A stretch of 58,645 bases of DNA, filler included, from Perkinsus olseni (lineage: Eukaryota): NCBI GenBank assembly GCA_013115125.1. It is 6 parts of 6 records of this genome, joined end to end, with 100 filler letters (N's around TTAATTAATTAA, not from the genome) between each part and the next. Parts side by side here need not be neighbours in the genome. Positions count along the whole stretch, not along the records: positions 1 to 9,772 come from JABANN010000906.1; positions 9,873 to 19,618 come from JABANN010000907.1; 4 more parts are not named here. One strand, given 5' to 3'. This document shows positions 1 to 11,673 of the stretch, piece after piece (positions within the stretch are counted from its first letter, which is position 1; every line of letters starts with the position of its first letter). The position numbers and the translations under genes are program-made. Under the pieces are notes generated by a model. The model had not been told where the DNA came from. It saw only the letters and a list, made by a program, of their open reading frames with translations, and searched no databases.

Positions 1-426
1 GGTCCTCGATGGTCTCTATGAAGTGGCCTAGCGGATTGCTATATGCAGCTGAATCACGAGAGCACCTGAGCGACGACCATGGGAATGCTGCTGATGAGTT
101 GCTGAAAAAATACCAGGATACGTCAAAATGTGACCGTCAGGATGGTAGGTGAAATCCTCGACCAATCATTTCCTCTGAGCCAATGCGCCGCCTAGCACTT
201 ACTCAAGGAGGTCGATGGTATGTGTCTCCCAGGCAGTCTCGGCAGCAGCAGCCGCTTGTATGGCCGAGCACAACGCTGTCTTACCGCTGCCGCTGCGGCC
301 TACTACAGCGATACTCACTGGCCCTTCGCCTGCGGAATCGATGGCTTCGAGGATCGATCTGGCAGCAACTTCGACCCCCGCGAGATCAGTGGTGATGCGG
401 GGGAGCCATGCGAGAGAGGAGGGCAT
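1..426 (-). CDS. P-loop NTPase (AAA-like), 5' part only; runs off the window edge
   Basis: ATG at 426 (MPSSLAW...). Walker A in VSIAVVGRSGSGKTALC. GTAAGT donor near 201. Confidence 0.55.
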
Positions 427-615
427 GAGAAACCGACTATCTGCCGAGCTGAAGTAAATCACGACCACACGATAGCCTCCACGAAGCGGCAAAGATTCTT
501 TCATGGATGGACAGAAACAGAGAGGCTGGCCCTTCTTCCATCCGTGGGGTTCAGAGGAAACCAACCTTTACTCGGAACGAAACAAGCCGGAGACTAACAC
601 AAGGCAGAACGCCTT

Positions 616-2442
616 TCAGGCAGCAGTGACATCATCATCCACGCTGTGACCACCCATGCGAGCCATCTCGTTCCTCAGCTTCTCAGTCTCCGCCAGACTA
701 GGCTCTTCGCACGTTGCTCGGGCCCTAGCGGCGAAGTCCATGTACCACGTCGTGATAGCCAACCGGTGAAGGTCTCCGGTGACTGGAAGTACCTGATCGA
801 CCCACGGTGGAATTTCGTGGCGCGCGGTCAGAAAAGCCTACCTCATGCGGCACCCGATCGCTGAGAAAAACTAGCAGGCGGCCACCACTGGGACAGATGC
901 CCGTCGCGACCTCCGAACCATCCTCCATTGCATGGAACACGCGAAGCGTCTGAGGCCAGAGGATGCGTGATTTACGAAAGGAGTGGTACGAGGTACACCC
1001 CTCCGTGACTGTCCAGTGACCATCCCTCCGGGTTGAGGTAGACCATGACCGTCAAAATCCTCCCATCACCAATCGGATTGTCGATGTGTCGGATATACCG
1101 TGACCCGACACCGTTGCCTCCACGTGCGGCTAACAGAGAATTTCGTGGCGCGCGGTCACCGTCACGGTATGGGAGGACTCACCTGGGTAAATAGCGACCA
1201 TCGAGCTCTGGGCCACCACCGTGTCGACTCCCTCCAGAGCAGCGCATCGACAGTTTCGAGCCAAGCCTTGGACGAGGAGGTCCATACCTGAGGAGCCGGA
1301 AGAAACAGCAGCCCCAGAGAAGCCGTCGTGACCTGCTCTCAGCCACTTGTAGCCGACGGGACAGTCGTCGTCCTGTGGGGACAGCCAACGCACAAAGTCC
1401 CCTCGAGAGCCTTCCTCAATGTACCTAGCATATACCGTCCAGAGGAGGGCTAGAAGCAGGGCCTTCGCTGTGACTTGATGTTCTGGCCTGATCGCCCACC
1501 CCCCATACGACCCCTCCCGAAATCGCCCGTCCCTGAGAGCTCCATCTGAGTTTATCCTCTTCGAACCAGGCTCACCATTGGAGTATCGGTCGAGCCAGCA
1601 GGTCCGCATTTTCTCAACAGCCGTCATGTCGATGTAGCCATCAATGAACGCCCACCCCCGACCGGCCAAGCCTTCCGCTAGAGACGCTGCCTGGCCGGCA
1701 GTCAACGTAGGTGGCTCGCCCCATTCCGAGCTCGCCTCGTATCCTGCCAGAGGAAACTCTCAGAGACCACCACCAGCAGCAGCGACATCACCTGAGTCGT
1801 AGTGTCCACCCATCATAGAAAAGCACATCTCGATCTCACGGGACTTGGCCTTCAACTCACTCTGAGCCGCCGCCACCTAACGGCCAGGGCGGCAGTCTAC
1901 GTCGAGCAGCCGGTCAACACCTCCCGCTCAGCATTCCGCTTTTGTTCGGCGACCTTTTCGACAGCCTCGCTTGCTGTGGAGACATCTTGTAGGATCCTGG
2001 GGGCCGATTCGTCAGTTCCACGGGTCGACGTAGGATACCATGCAGCGGGACCCACCGATTGCGCTCAGCCCCAGCCTCGGCGATTTCCTCACTGATACTC
2101 CGAGTCTTCTCGGCATGAGCCTGAGCCACCAAAGACTCTGCATCGCTCCGCTGCACATCGAAACTCTTTTGGCATTTTTGTACTAGCATGGCCAGGCGAA
2201 GGTTGGCAACCTGTTCGGCCAACGTAGGCTTCTTTCCACCAGCGCCTCGACACTCCACACGATGAGCCTGCAGAGGGTCCTTCGACTCCGTGACGCCTCG
2301 TCGATCTGACCTCCCTCCAATGGCGCAGCTGATGGTCCTTAGAGCAGTACTTAACATCCAAGCATCGGCTGCAAGTGAAGGGATGCGGCCGTTGTTGACT
2401 AGTCGCACCACAGTAGGCACAGGAAAGATAGACAGCGGCCAT
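616..2442 (-). CDS. MYND zinc finger + 2OG-Fe(II) prolyl 4-hydroxylase (EGLN/PHD2-like architecture), multi-exon
   Basis: N-terminal CAYC...CSRC...YCSKDHQLRHW (MYND). Spliced C-terminus RYIRHIDNPIGDGRILTVMVYLNPEGW..GG|TLRVF...RLLVFLSDRVPHE|VLPVTGDLHRLAITTWYMD matches the PHD catalytic motifs (HxD...H triad, 2OG-binding Arg). Stop at 616-618. Confidence 0.85.
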
Positions 2443-2873
2443 TTTTGCCGCGGCTACCATCAGCTCGACAGCTTGTGCGTTAAGTCTACCTAGCCCGTAC
2501 GAGAACCCGTCGATGACTGACCAATTATAGAAAGCGAACAATGAGTTCTCAGGCACTTACTCCTCCTCGGTCGAAGACTAAGCGGTTAAAAATCATCGGG
2601 CGGTGGCAACATGCACACGGGAACCCTCGCACTACCCGCCTCATCGTAAACCCTCGAGGAAAAGGAAAAAAGTTTCAACCGGCAAGAAAATAACAGACGA
2701 GCAGGAGTAACAGAAATTCGTTCGATGGCTGACTCCACGACGGAGACATGCAGGAGCAGCTCGACTAAAGTATACAACGGAAGTTTCATGAGAGGTCGCC
2801 GCAAGGACAATATTCCCCCTCACCACTACTGACGCAACCGGGGCAGCAAGGCATCGTCGAAACAGTACAAGTT

Positions 2874-5369
2874 CTATGTACACTCGTCCAGGAACTTGGC
2901 CAGTTCATCATGGCCGCCCTTCCGGGCAAGGATCGCGGGGGTCTGGCCTCTGACGTCCGCCGTGGCCCGGAGGCGCTTGAAGACATCGAAGGTGAGTAGC
3001 CACTCACAAATATCCTTGTGTCCGCCGTAGGCTGCCTTGTGGAAGGCGGTGTGGCCCTGGTCATTCCCCCTAGCCAGCTCTTCGGGCTCCAGCACCGTCG
3101 AGCACCACTTGACCGTCTCCAGCTGACCCGACAGCGCCGCGAAATGGGTGACTATGCAACCCCACTTGTTGACGTGATGGACATCAGCCCGTCGGGCCAC
3201 CAGGACGTCGCACATGGCCGGGAAGCCGCCCCAACACGCCAGCTGCAACGGAGTGGTACCGTCCTTGGTCTCGCTGTCAACAGGCAAACCGCAGTCGACG
3301 AGTAGCCAATCAATCATACCAACTCGGCCGTTGCGAGCTGCCCAATGGAGAGCATTGCGACCACTCTTGTTGTCACAGTAGAATGGATCTCCACCGACCG
3401 CGAGGAGAGTCCTGCACACTTCCAACTGCCCAGCCCCAGCAGCGTAGTGGAAGGGTGAGGAGCCGAAACGGTCAGTGAGGGAGACGCCCTTCTCTCGGAT
3501 CTCCTCGGGAGTGTACAGGTGGAGCACCGAGCCGTCCTGGCATGCGGACATGAACGGGTCTAGTTTCTTCGATTTCTTCTTGACCCTGTTTTTGACGGCC
3601 ATCGCCGCCGTCGCTGTCTTGGTGGCTGCGAGTTCCTCCACGTAGTCGAAGAACGAGGCGGCACACGCGTGGGCGAAGACATGCTCGACATCAACGACCA
3701 CCCCCAAGGCTTCCGACAGGGTCTCCACCAGGATGACGGCCAGAAGGGAGGTCACGCCCTGACTCGCTAGAGACGCGTCATCGACAACATCGAAGCCCAG
3801 CACCAGATTCACGCATGCTCGTATCCGCTCCCGTGCGCCGCCGTTCGACGCCTTAGACTTTCGAGCCTCGGTGACGGGGTAAGCCGCCAAGGCCTTTCGA
3901 TCCAGCTTGCCGTTGGACGTGACCGGCAGCGCTTGGAGGGCAGTAAACCATGTTGGGACCATGTAGGGCGGCAGAACTTTCCCCAGCTCCTGTCGGAGTC
4001 TAGGGACATCAAGGCAAGACGAGTCACCAGTGATGAAGGCGGCCAGATGACTCTTATGGGGCACCACCGCGCATTGGCATTGGTCATCAAGATGCTGGCT
4101 GAGGGCCTTCTCAACTTCACCGAGTTCAATGCGATACCCTCGAAGCTTCACTTGGGAGTCGTTCAACCTGCCCAGATAAATGTAGTTACCATCGTCGTCA
4201 ACTCGCACTCTGTCACCAGTCGCATACCAACCGTCTCCGGAAAAGCCGTCGAGGGGTCGCGATGGCGCTGCAGTCCTCTGGAAGTAGCCAAGCGCCACGC
4301 CAGCGCCACCGATGAGGAGTTCGCCCGAGTCGCTGATCTCGAATCTCGTCTTCCGAATGGGCCGCCCTATAGGAACAGGGCCATCACCGTCTGGCAATAC
4401 TCGGTGAGTACTCGACCATATTGTGGTTTCAGTGGGGCCGTAGCAGTTCAGGACCATCGGACTGATCTCACAGAGGCTCCTGAGGGTGGCAGGGAAGGGC
4501 TCGCCACCGCAGAGGATCTTCAGGCGAGGGCTGAGCTCCTCGGCCCTCTTCAAGAGACCAGCAGCTATCAGCAACTGCCACATTGTGGGAGTTGCCTGCA
4601 TAACGTCAACTGACTCCTCGATGAGCATTGAGAGTATCTTAGGTCCATTCCGGCAAGTCTTGCTGTCGGCAATGATGCACTCCCTGCCAGTCGAGAGAGG
4701 CAGCATGTACTCCAACACCGAGATGTCGAACTGGAAGGTCGTGACGGCCAGCAGGCGGCCCCAATCAGAACCGAGCTCCTCGGAGAAGTGCTCGAGGACA
4801 TTAATCACATTAGCATGAGACACCACCACCCCCTTGGGCCGACCAGAAGAACCGCTAGTAAACATAATATACGCCGGAGCTGGCAGGCCGTCGCGCTGCA
4901 GAGTCAACTCATCCTCTATGGGCTTCTGGAGGTTCTCCAGCCCAGGAAGATCTTCGACTCCGATGACTCTGCGGGCGGTCGACTTCAGCTCAGCAGCTGC
5001 CTCAGCGGTGGTGACGATGAGGAGGTCGCAGTGGGCCTCGTCAGCCACCTGCCGCGTTCGACCAATCGGTGTGAGCCCAGCGTCCAGCGGGATCATAGTG
5101 CAGCCGAGCTTCCACAGCGCCAAGGCAGTGACTATGAAGGCCGTCCCTCGTTCTAACAGAAGAAGCACTCGCGAGCCTGGCCGCAGACCGCTCTCCCGGG
5201 ATAATGCTGAGGCGCGGGCGTCCACGAGAATCCGAAGTTGATGGTAGGTAAGGACGGTGGAGTTGCATCGCAATGCGATATTTTCAGGATATTTGACCGC
5301 TGTCGCCGCGAAATTCAGCCACAGGTTGTCATAAGGCAAATGAATCATGCATGAAGCTCTGACTGTCAT
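2874..5369 (-). CDS. Intronless NRPS-like protein: adenylation domain - carrier (PCP/ACP) domain - about 6 ankyrin repeats
   Basis: A-domain core motifs FTSGSSGRPKG, FDISV, NCYGPTE, GELLIGGAGVALGY, YATGD, QVKLRGYRIELGEVE, LPPYMVP, NGKLDR. Carrier motif QGVTSLL (Ser codon 3747-3749). Ankyrin repeats such as GRNALHWAARNG, GTTPLQLACWGG, GHTAFHKAAYGG. Start is ATG 5369 or 5348. Confidence 0.9.
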   Translation of the reverse strand: MTVRASCMIHLPYDNLWLNFAATAVKYPENIALRCNSTVLTYHQLRILVDARASALSRESGLRPGSRVLLLLERGTAFIVTALALWKLGCTMIPLDAGLTPIGRTRQVADEAHCDLLIVTTAEAAAELKSTARRVIGVEDLPGLENLQKPIEDELTLQRDGLPAPAYIMFTSGSSGRPKGVVVSHANVINVLEHFSEELGSDWGRLLAVTTFQFDISVLEYMLPLSTGRECIIADSKTCRNGPKILSMLIEESVDVMQATPTMWQLLIAAGLLKRAEELSPRLKILCGGEPFPATLRSLCEISPMVLNCYGPTETTIWSSTHRVLPDGDGPVPIGRPIRKTRFEISDSGELLIGGAGVALGYFQRTAAPSRPLDGFSGDGWYATGDRVRVDDDGNYIYLGRLNDSQVKLRGYRIELGEVEKALSQHLDDQCQCAVVPHKSHLAAFITGDSSCLDVPRLRQELGKVLPPYMVPTWFTALQALPVTSNGKLDRKALAAYPVTEARKSKASNGGARERIRACVNLVLGFDVVDDASLASQGVTSLLAVILVETLSEALGVVVDVEHVFAHACAASFFDYVEELAATKTATAAMAVKNRVKKKSKKLDPFMSACQDGSVLHLYTPEEIREKGVSLTDRFGSSPFHYAAGAGQLEVCRTLLAVGGDPFYCDNKSGRNALHWAARNGRVGMIDWLLVDCGLPVDSETKDGTTPLQLACWGGFPAMCDVLVARRADVHHVNKWGCIVTHFAALSGQLETVKWCSTVLEPEELARGNDQGHTAFHKAAYGGHKDICEWLLTFDVFKRLRATADVRGQTPAILARKGGHDELAKFLDECT

Positions 5370-6622
5370 TTGGTTCGTAGCTCCCCTTGCCAAACTGCCC
5401 CAACGCAACCCTCCCCTGATGGTCGTATCTTAGGTTGAATCGATACGTAGGACTACGCTCAAGGTGGCAGCACTTAGCCGCCACCGTAGACCACCGAACG
5501 AGACAGGAGCAATATCGATACCATGCAAGTACTCCGTCCGACGTCCGGCCACGTCGCAGGTCGACTTAGACGCCTGACAAGCGCTGCATGTACGAGTTAA
5601 TCGCTGATAAACGGCACTCCATGAACGAAGACGCTATTGCTAGTTAGGGAAAGCGAGAGAGACAACACTGCAGTTGTGGGAGCTCGGACGCATTCCGTAA
5701 CAACCGAGACCGATCAGCTTTTTCCTAAAACTGAAATGCTCATTTGCTAGCCTACAAAACTTTTCCCGAAGTGAAACTCAATGGCTCCGACAGATATATT
5801 TTGCGTTAAATCGACCGATGGAGTATTGCGATTTAACCAGCATGAGCGAACTTCCTTCGAGCAGCAGAAACCAATTCGATCGAATTGAACCAGACACCCG
5901 AAGTGGACTTCTTACCTTCATGCTCCTCAATTACACATACCTGACAGCAGTCGAGCAAACACTCCATAACAGAAATTAAGGAAATGCAAGTCCAGACAAG
6001 ATAACAAGCAGCGCGCTAACACTATTGATAAATTGCGCTCAGCAGCCAAGCGGCAACTAAGGTTCGCATCATTTTCGGCTCAGTCATCCAGTCAAAGATG
6101 CATACAACAGTCAAGCAGCGATAGTGGATAAAAGAGGGGTCAACAAAAGAGCATCGAGGCAGAAGGGCAACAGTAAGGATGAATACTATATGACCTCTAC
6201 GGACAATTAGTAGAATCTTGCAATCTTGCGAAAACCTAACGTCATTGGCAACTACAAGCGCAAGCTTTCTTCAGAGCACACCGGCTGTGAGGGTAGTAGC
6301 AGTTGAAATAACAAAATTCTACAGCCACACATGCCAGCTACAGCTGCTTTACTTCAAAGATCGTTTTGTATGAACGTGTCCTAGGTCTGCGAGACGAGAG
6401 CTTTCCGTACACTGGGAGAGCAATCATGCAACAGAAATGTAAGTTCAAGATAATAACAGAATTCGCAGAGAGTCTCCTGTTGAGATGCCGCGTTGTACCT
6501 GGACGGTGAATGAGACGCTCCAATACTTATATTCTAAGCGGAACGAAGTGGAGTCAAGCTAATGGTGAGAAATGAAGCGATAACTACGAAAATCGATAAA
6601 CAATTCAGAGCTTGGATCACAA

Positions 6623-6694
6623 GGGTGTGTAGCTCAGTGGTAGAGCGGCTGACTGCAGATCAGCAGGTCCTCGGTTCAAATCCGGGCGCGCCCT
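6623..6694 (+). tRNA. trnC-GCA: tRNA-Cys (GCA)
   Basis: Acceptor stem GGGTGTG/CGCGCCC, D arm AGCTCAGTGGTAGAGC, anticodon arm GCTGA-CTGCAGA-TCAGC, T arm GGTTCAAATCC; 72 nt. Confidence 0.95.
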
Positions 6695-7068
6695 ATTATT
6701 CGCCAACTATTTCTTGGCGTGACTCGCCGGACGCGGCATACGAACGTCATGAATATTATGACCAAATTTCGAAACAAACTACCTTCTCCAAGTTCGACAA
6801 TTCTACGAAAGCAACCGCCTCCACGGCATCCCAAACGCATCCAATATTGCCCCTCACACATCGCTAACTTGACGATAACAGACTCCTATCCTCCCTGGGC
6901 GGGAGCAGCACAGATAAAGATACATCATTCCAAATATTATTCCTGAAGTTCATGCAAGTGTACCTGAATAACGTTGCGGCGATACCTCACTCACATCGCT
7001 ATCGCGTGTCAATTGAAACGCGCAGTCCTATTCCAGTCTTCCCACTCACACCGTGCCTCCCTCCACGG

Positions 7069-8691
7069 TTATAAATCATCCAAATCCAGCTCGTCCAGGC
7101 AGTCGAGTTCTAAAGCCGATAGTTCACTGACTGTCATCGCGTCATCGGCCGCGCTGCTCAAAATCTCATCTGGCGCAGAATCGACACTCATTTCTTCTAG
7201 CGGTGAAGGGAGGCCAGTCTCAAGGCTTCCACCGAACCCCCGAGGGGAACCTGACCGCATGATTGGGGCTCCGCTCCGAACGAGGCTGAGGCATTACTGG
7301 CGGGGTCCTGACCGGTCTCTCTTCCCCGTATGACCGGAGTGAGCGCTGTAGGGCTCTGACAGGAGGTCGTCGATGAGGATATCGTACTGCAGCACGACCC
7401 CGCTGCCTGACGACGAACAATGCTTGATGCAGCAGTGAAGAGCAGGCTTCGAACAAAACGCAGAGGAATGAATCGAAGGGAACGGTAGAGCGCGGAAGTG
7501 AAAAGGTAAATCCCAGTTGCCGCGACCATGGGGCGCCGCACATCCAGCATTCTGTACGAACTGATTCGAGCAGAGCCGCCGCGAATAGATAATCTATTAT
7601 AGATTTCATTCGTACCATTCTCATCGGCTGCGATCGGCCTCCAGCCTGCAGCCGGGAAGGGTCAGGATTCTCCTCCACTTCATCACCACCCTGCGTTGCG
7701 CCCTTATCTTCCGCCTCCACCGCTTCCAAGGCAGTTGCTGTAGCGTATAATCGAACGTACTCTACAGACAGAACATCTCACCGGGAGCTTCCTCACCGAG
7801 TCGCGCTCCGCCTCCCTCTAATTCCACTCCGAACTACACTGCTACCTCAGCAGCAATTCCGGTGCGGTCCTCCTCGCGGTTTTCTAGGCCACCCAAGTCT
7901 AGCTGCATCAACTCTCTCAGCGCAACTTGAACATCTCAACGATCCGAGCGCCGCGTAGGGCATTGAACAAGCAGATCGCCGTAACGGTATGCGCCACTCA
8001 CCCTGACACTTGCAGTCGTAAGCAGTCTTATCTCGCAGCATCAGAGCAGCGGCATCTGGGTTCAACGGATCCGATGGGTTGGGGTATCTGGCCATCCAGT
8101 GTGGTGGCAGTCAGCGAGATCAGCAGCGAACAGCACTGTCAAATTCTATGCATCACCAATTTCTGCTCAAGGTAATTGCAAGACTACCAACCCCTCGTGG
8201 AACTTACGCTAGCAGCTGCGGTAGAAAGACGTCGAAAATATTGACTAAGGAGTAGAGCGGCGTCCACGTCTGATTGATAACGTCCAAACACACAGAGCCG
8301 CTGCGCTCATCTATGTTCGGGTGAAATATTCTGAAGCAGGGGAGTCGGAGGTAAGATCGATTCCGCCGGTCTCGGACCTGTTCTTGAAACCTATGCTCGG
8401 ACTTTGGAACGGATACTGCTCGGGCAGCTCCACGTGTATCCGATACATGCCACCCTTGTACGGAGCTGATAGAGTCGGGTCACCGTGCAAGGGAGGGGCA
8501 CCGACGACCTACATTCTGCTGGGGCGTAAAAAAGGACCGAAAAGTCCTGCGTGACGTTCTTCGACTCCGGGTCAGCATCCACTTCGTAGCCAGCCCGCAT
8601 CCTGAGCGGAAGCGAGTTCGGAACGGCCTCTACTGCGAGGTGCTTACAGCCGAGCAAAGTCTGTGTGCTTCCGATTTGCTGCTTGCGACAT
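7069..8691 (-). CDS. Ubiquitin-conjugating enzyme E2, UBE2H/Ubc8-like, multi-exon, acidic tail (3' end approximate)
   Basis: Spliced [22 protein letters not shown]...[26 protein letters not shown]...[40 protein letters not shown]...[17 protein letters not shown], with the catalytic Cys present. Confidence 0.85.
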
Positions 8692-9772
8692 CGATGGTGA
8701 ATGATAGAGGTGATATCAGAATGTCCACTAGTGGGACTAGGAGGGGGGTGAGACAAAACGTTTATACTACTGAAAGCCAGCGAAGACATCACACGAACAA
8801 AGCAACCACTTTAGCAACCGCGAAGTCATTGGCTGCGTTAAACGTCGAACTTGAATGCCAAACGGAGGGAAGTCCTTTGTCCCGTGAATGAGAGCAGAGA
8901 GAGCGAGCAGCCCCAACAGGATCCGTTGACGATGATCTGCACCCCTCGGGCGGCTTCTAGGGACTCTCGCCACTCGCCCAACTCTCGCCAAGTGGTGGTC
9001 TTAATCGCTCGAGGTTGGAAATAACGATTGCTGTGTGCATATGTCGCATAATCGTGCGTGAATATTTCCGGCTTGGAATTCCTTCGCGTGCGGAGCATAA
9101 TCGTTGGGCACGATTGAAAGACGATTGTAGAGCTTTTCTTCGCACTGCTCCCTCCGATACTGTATGGAACGCATGTGATGTACCCTAGCTCTGTTTGACA
9201 TCTCGCCTTCCTCATGCTCAGCTGCTCTGTAGAAAATTGCTAGGGATCAGCTAGCTCAGGTGTTTCGCTGATTATCAGTAGCAATCAAACTTTGATCACT
9301 TATCAAGAATCACTAGCTATCATTCTCCTTCCCCACCCATTAATCAGCTCACATGATCTACTGTGTGCGGTTCTGTCTAGTCCTGTCGGCCTCCGCTGAC
9401 GCGGGGGCGGATATAGGGCGATAGGCTTACGCCCGTAAAGCCTGGGAATAAGTTTCGAGTCGAGTTAGCAGCAATGAGCGACTGTTGCTCAATCATGCGC
9501 CAATCGACTTGTGCATGCGTGCATAGCTAATACTCTAGCCACCCGAAGAGAACTAGATCACCCAGGTGGAGAAGCCTTATACTCCTTCCGGTCTTGCGCT
9601 GACTATGAACAACAACGGGGAAGCAACAACGACATACCTGAGCCTAAAATGGGGGAACCGGTAGGATGTAGCTCGACTACTCTGTGGTCGTGAAGGGTGT
9701 GAAAGGAAGGAGTGTCACTGATACGTTCTGAGTCAGAACTGTCATAGTCTCGCCTGTCGTCCGAGTAGATGT

Positions 9773-9872
9773 NNNNNNNNNNNNNNNNNNNNNNNNNNNN
9801 NNNNNNNNNNNNNNNNTTAATTAATTAANNNNNNNNNNNNNNNNNNNNNNNNNNNNNNNNNNNNNNNNNNNN
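9773..9872. other. Artificial scaffold linker (N44-TTAATTAATTAA-N44)
   Basis: Six-frame stop spacer flanked by Ns; the same structure occurs five times in the window. Confidence 0.97.
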
Positions 9873-11673
9873 CCGCCTTGTAGACCTCCTCGGCGGTGTC
9901 GACAAGCTTGCATCCCTCAACGGCGTAGTAGCGATCGGGGAATGAAGCCTTATCACCGCAGCCACGCTCCATGACGAAGGCGAAGCCCATGTCGCGGAAC
10001 TTGGACACAACATTAGGAGCGATGGCGACACGAGTCTCATCGCTGTTCTTAGTCTCATCAAGAACACCGATGGTCTTGAGAGCAGGAGGGTACTCCTTAA
10101 CCTTCTCGGGCTCAGGCTTCTTCTCCTCAGCAAGAAGAGGAGTAGAAGCGTCGTTCTTGGTGGTGACCTTCTTCTCCTTAGCAAGGCCTTGGAGAGCAGC
10201 GAGCAGCTCCTGAGTCTTCTCGTGAGCGTTACCGAAGAGCATACGAGTGTTGTCCTTGTAGAACAAGGGGTTCTCGATACCAGAGTAGCCAGTGGCCATG
10301 GAACGCTTCATCACGACGCACATCTTAGCCTTCCACACTTCGAGGACGGGCATGCCTCCGATGGGAGAGGAAAGATCCTCGACGGCCATGGGGTTGACGA
10401 TATCATTAGCGCCGATGACAAGAGAGACATCAGTCTCTGGGAACTCAGGGTTGATCTCGTCCATTTCCTTAACAATATCATAAGGGACATTAGCCTCAGC
10501 CAGCAAGACATTCATGTGACCAGGCAAACGACCGGCGACGGGGTGAATGGCGAACTGAACCTTGACACCGTGGGTGCGAAGGCAATCAGCGATACCAGCG
10601 ACAGTCTGCTGGCAACGAGCAACGGCCATACCGTAACCGGGGACGATGATGACGGACTGGCCGTTGATCATCTTATCAGCAACCTCGTCGATGTTGGTCT
10701 CAGTGATAGTACCAGTGACCTCGACGGTGTGACCTTCCTCGACACCGAAGCCACCAAGGATGACGGAGGTGAAGGAACGGTTCATACCCTTGCACATGAT
10801 GTAGGAAAGGATAGCACCGGAAGAACCGATGAGAGAACCAGCAATGATGAGGATGGTGTTGGAGAGCATGAAACCACAGGCAACGGTAGTCCAACCGGAG
10901 TAGGAGTTCAACATGGAAACAACAACGGGCATATCAGCGCCACCAATGGACATAACAAGAGCCCAACCAAGGTAGAGGCAGATGATGGTGGTAACGATGA
11001 TGATCCACATACCGGTAGTAGAGCCCTTACCGACAAAGCACAACCAAACGGTGAGCAAGATGGAAGCAACGCAAATGCCTGCGTTGATCCAATGGCGGAA
11101 GGGAAGAAGGAGAGCCTTAGAGCGGATGACACCCTGAAGCTTGCCACAAGCAACGATGGAACCAGTGAGAGTCATGGCACCGAAGAAGATACCAATCATA
11201 GTCTCTACCAAGTGGCCAGCGTTCATCACCTCTTCAGCATCGAAGTAACGAGCATAGGCGACCATGACGGCAGCAAAACCAACACTAGCGTGGAAGCCAG
11301 CGACCATCTGGGGCATCATGATCATAGTAGCCTTGGACGAGATGAAAAGACCGCAGACAGCAGCGATAACGAAGCAGATGATAGCAAGAACACCAGAGTA
11401 GTGAGTGAAGCGGGGGTCGAGGCAAGCGAAGATAATGGCAACCAACATACCAATGACACCGGCCATGTTACCCTTAGTGGCGGTCTCAGGAGAACCGAGA
11501 CCCCTCAAGGCATACATGAAGCACATGCCGACGAAAACGACGGCGGCTTCGTTCATAGAGATGTGGGCGACACTCTCCTCCGGGATAGCGGGGAGCTCAC
11601 CAGCGGCAACACTTCCCCTCAACTCGGTAGCAGCGGCCACGGCACACGATGCAGCGGCGATGAAGAATCGCAT
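9873..11673 (-). CDS. NNT: NAD(P) transhydrogenase, fused beta-alpha order, copy 1; truncated by scaffold end; signal-peptide-like N-terminus
   Basis: Domain II SIGGADMPVVVSMLNSYSGW, domain III VPGYGMAVA, HPVAGRLPGHMNVLLAEA, GANDIVNP, then the start of domain I (ETRVAIAP). ATG 11673 MRFFIAAASCAVAAA. Confidence 0.93.

Noticed and set aside
3018-5241. Several plus-strand ORFs overlapping the NRPS-like gene
   Set aside because: GC-rich antisense shadows with no motifs.
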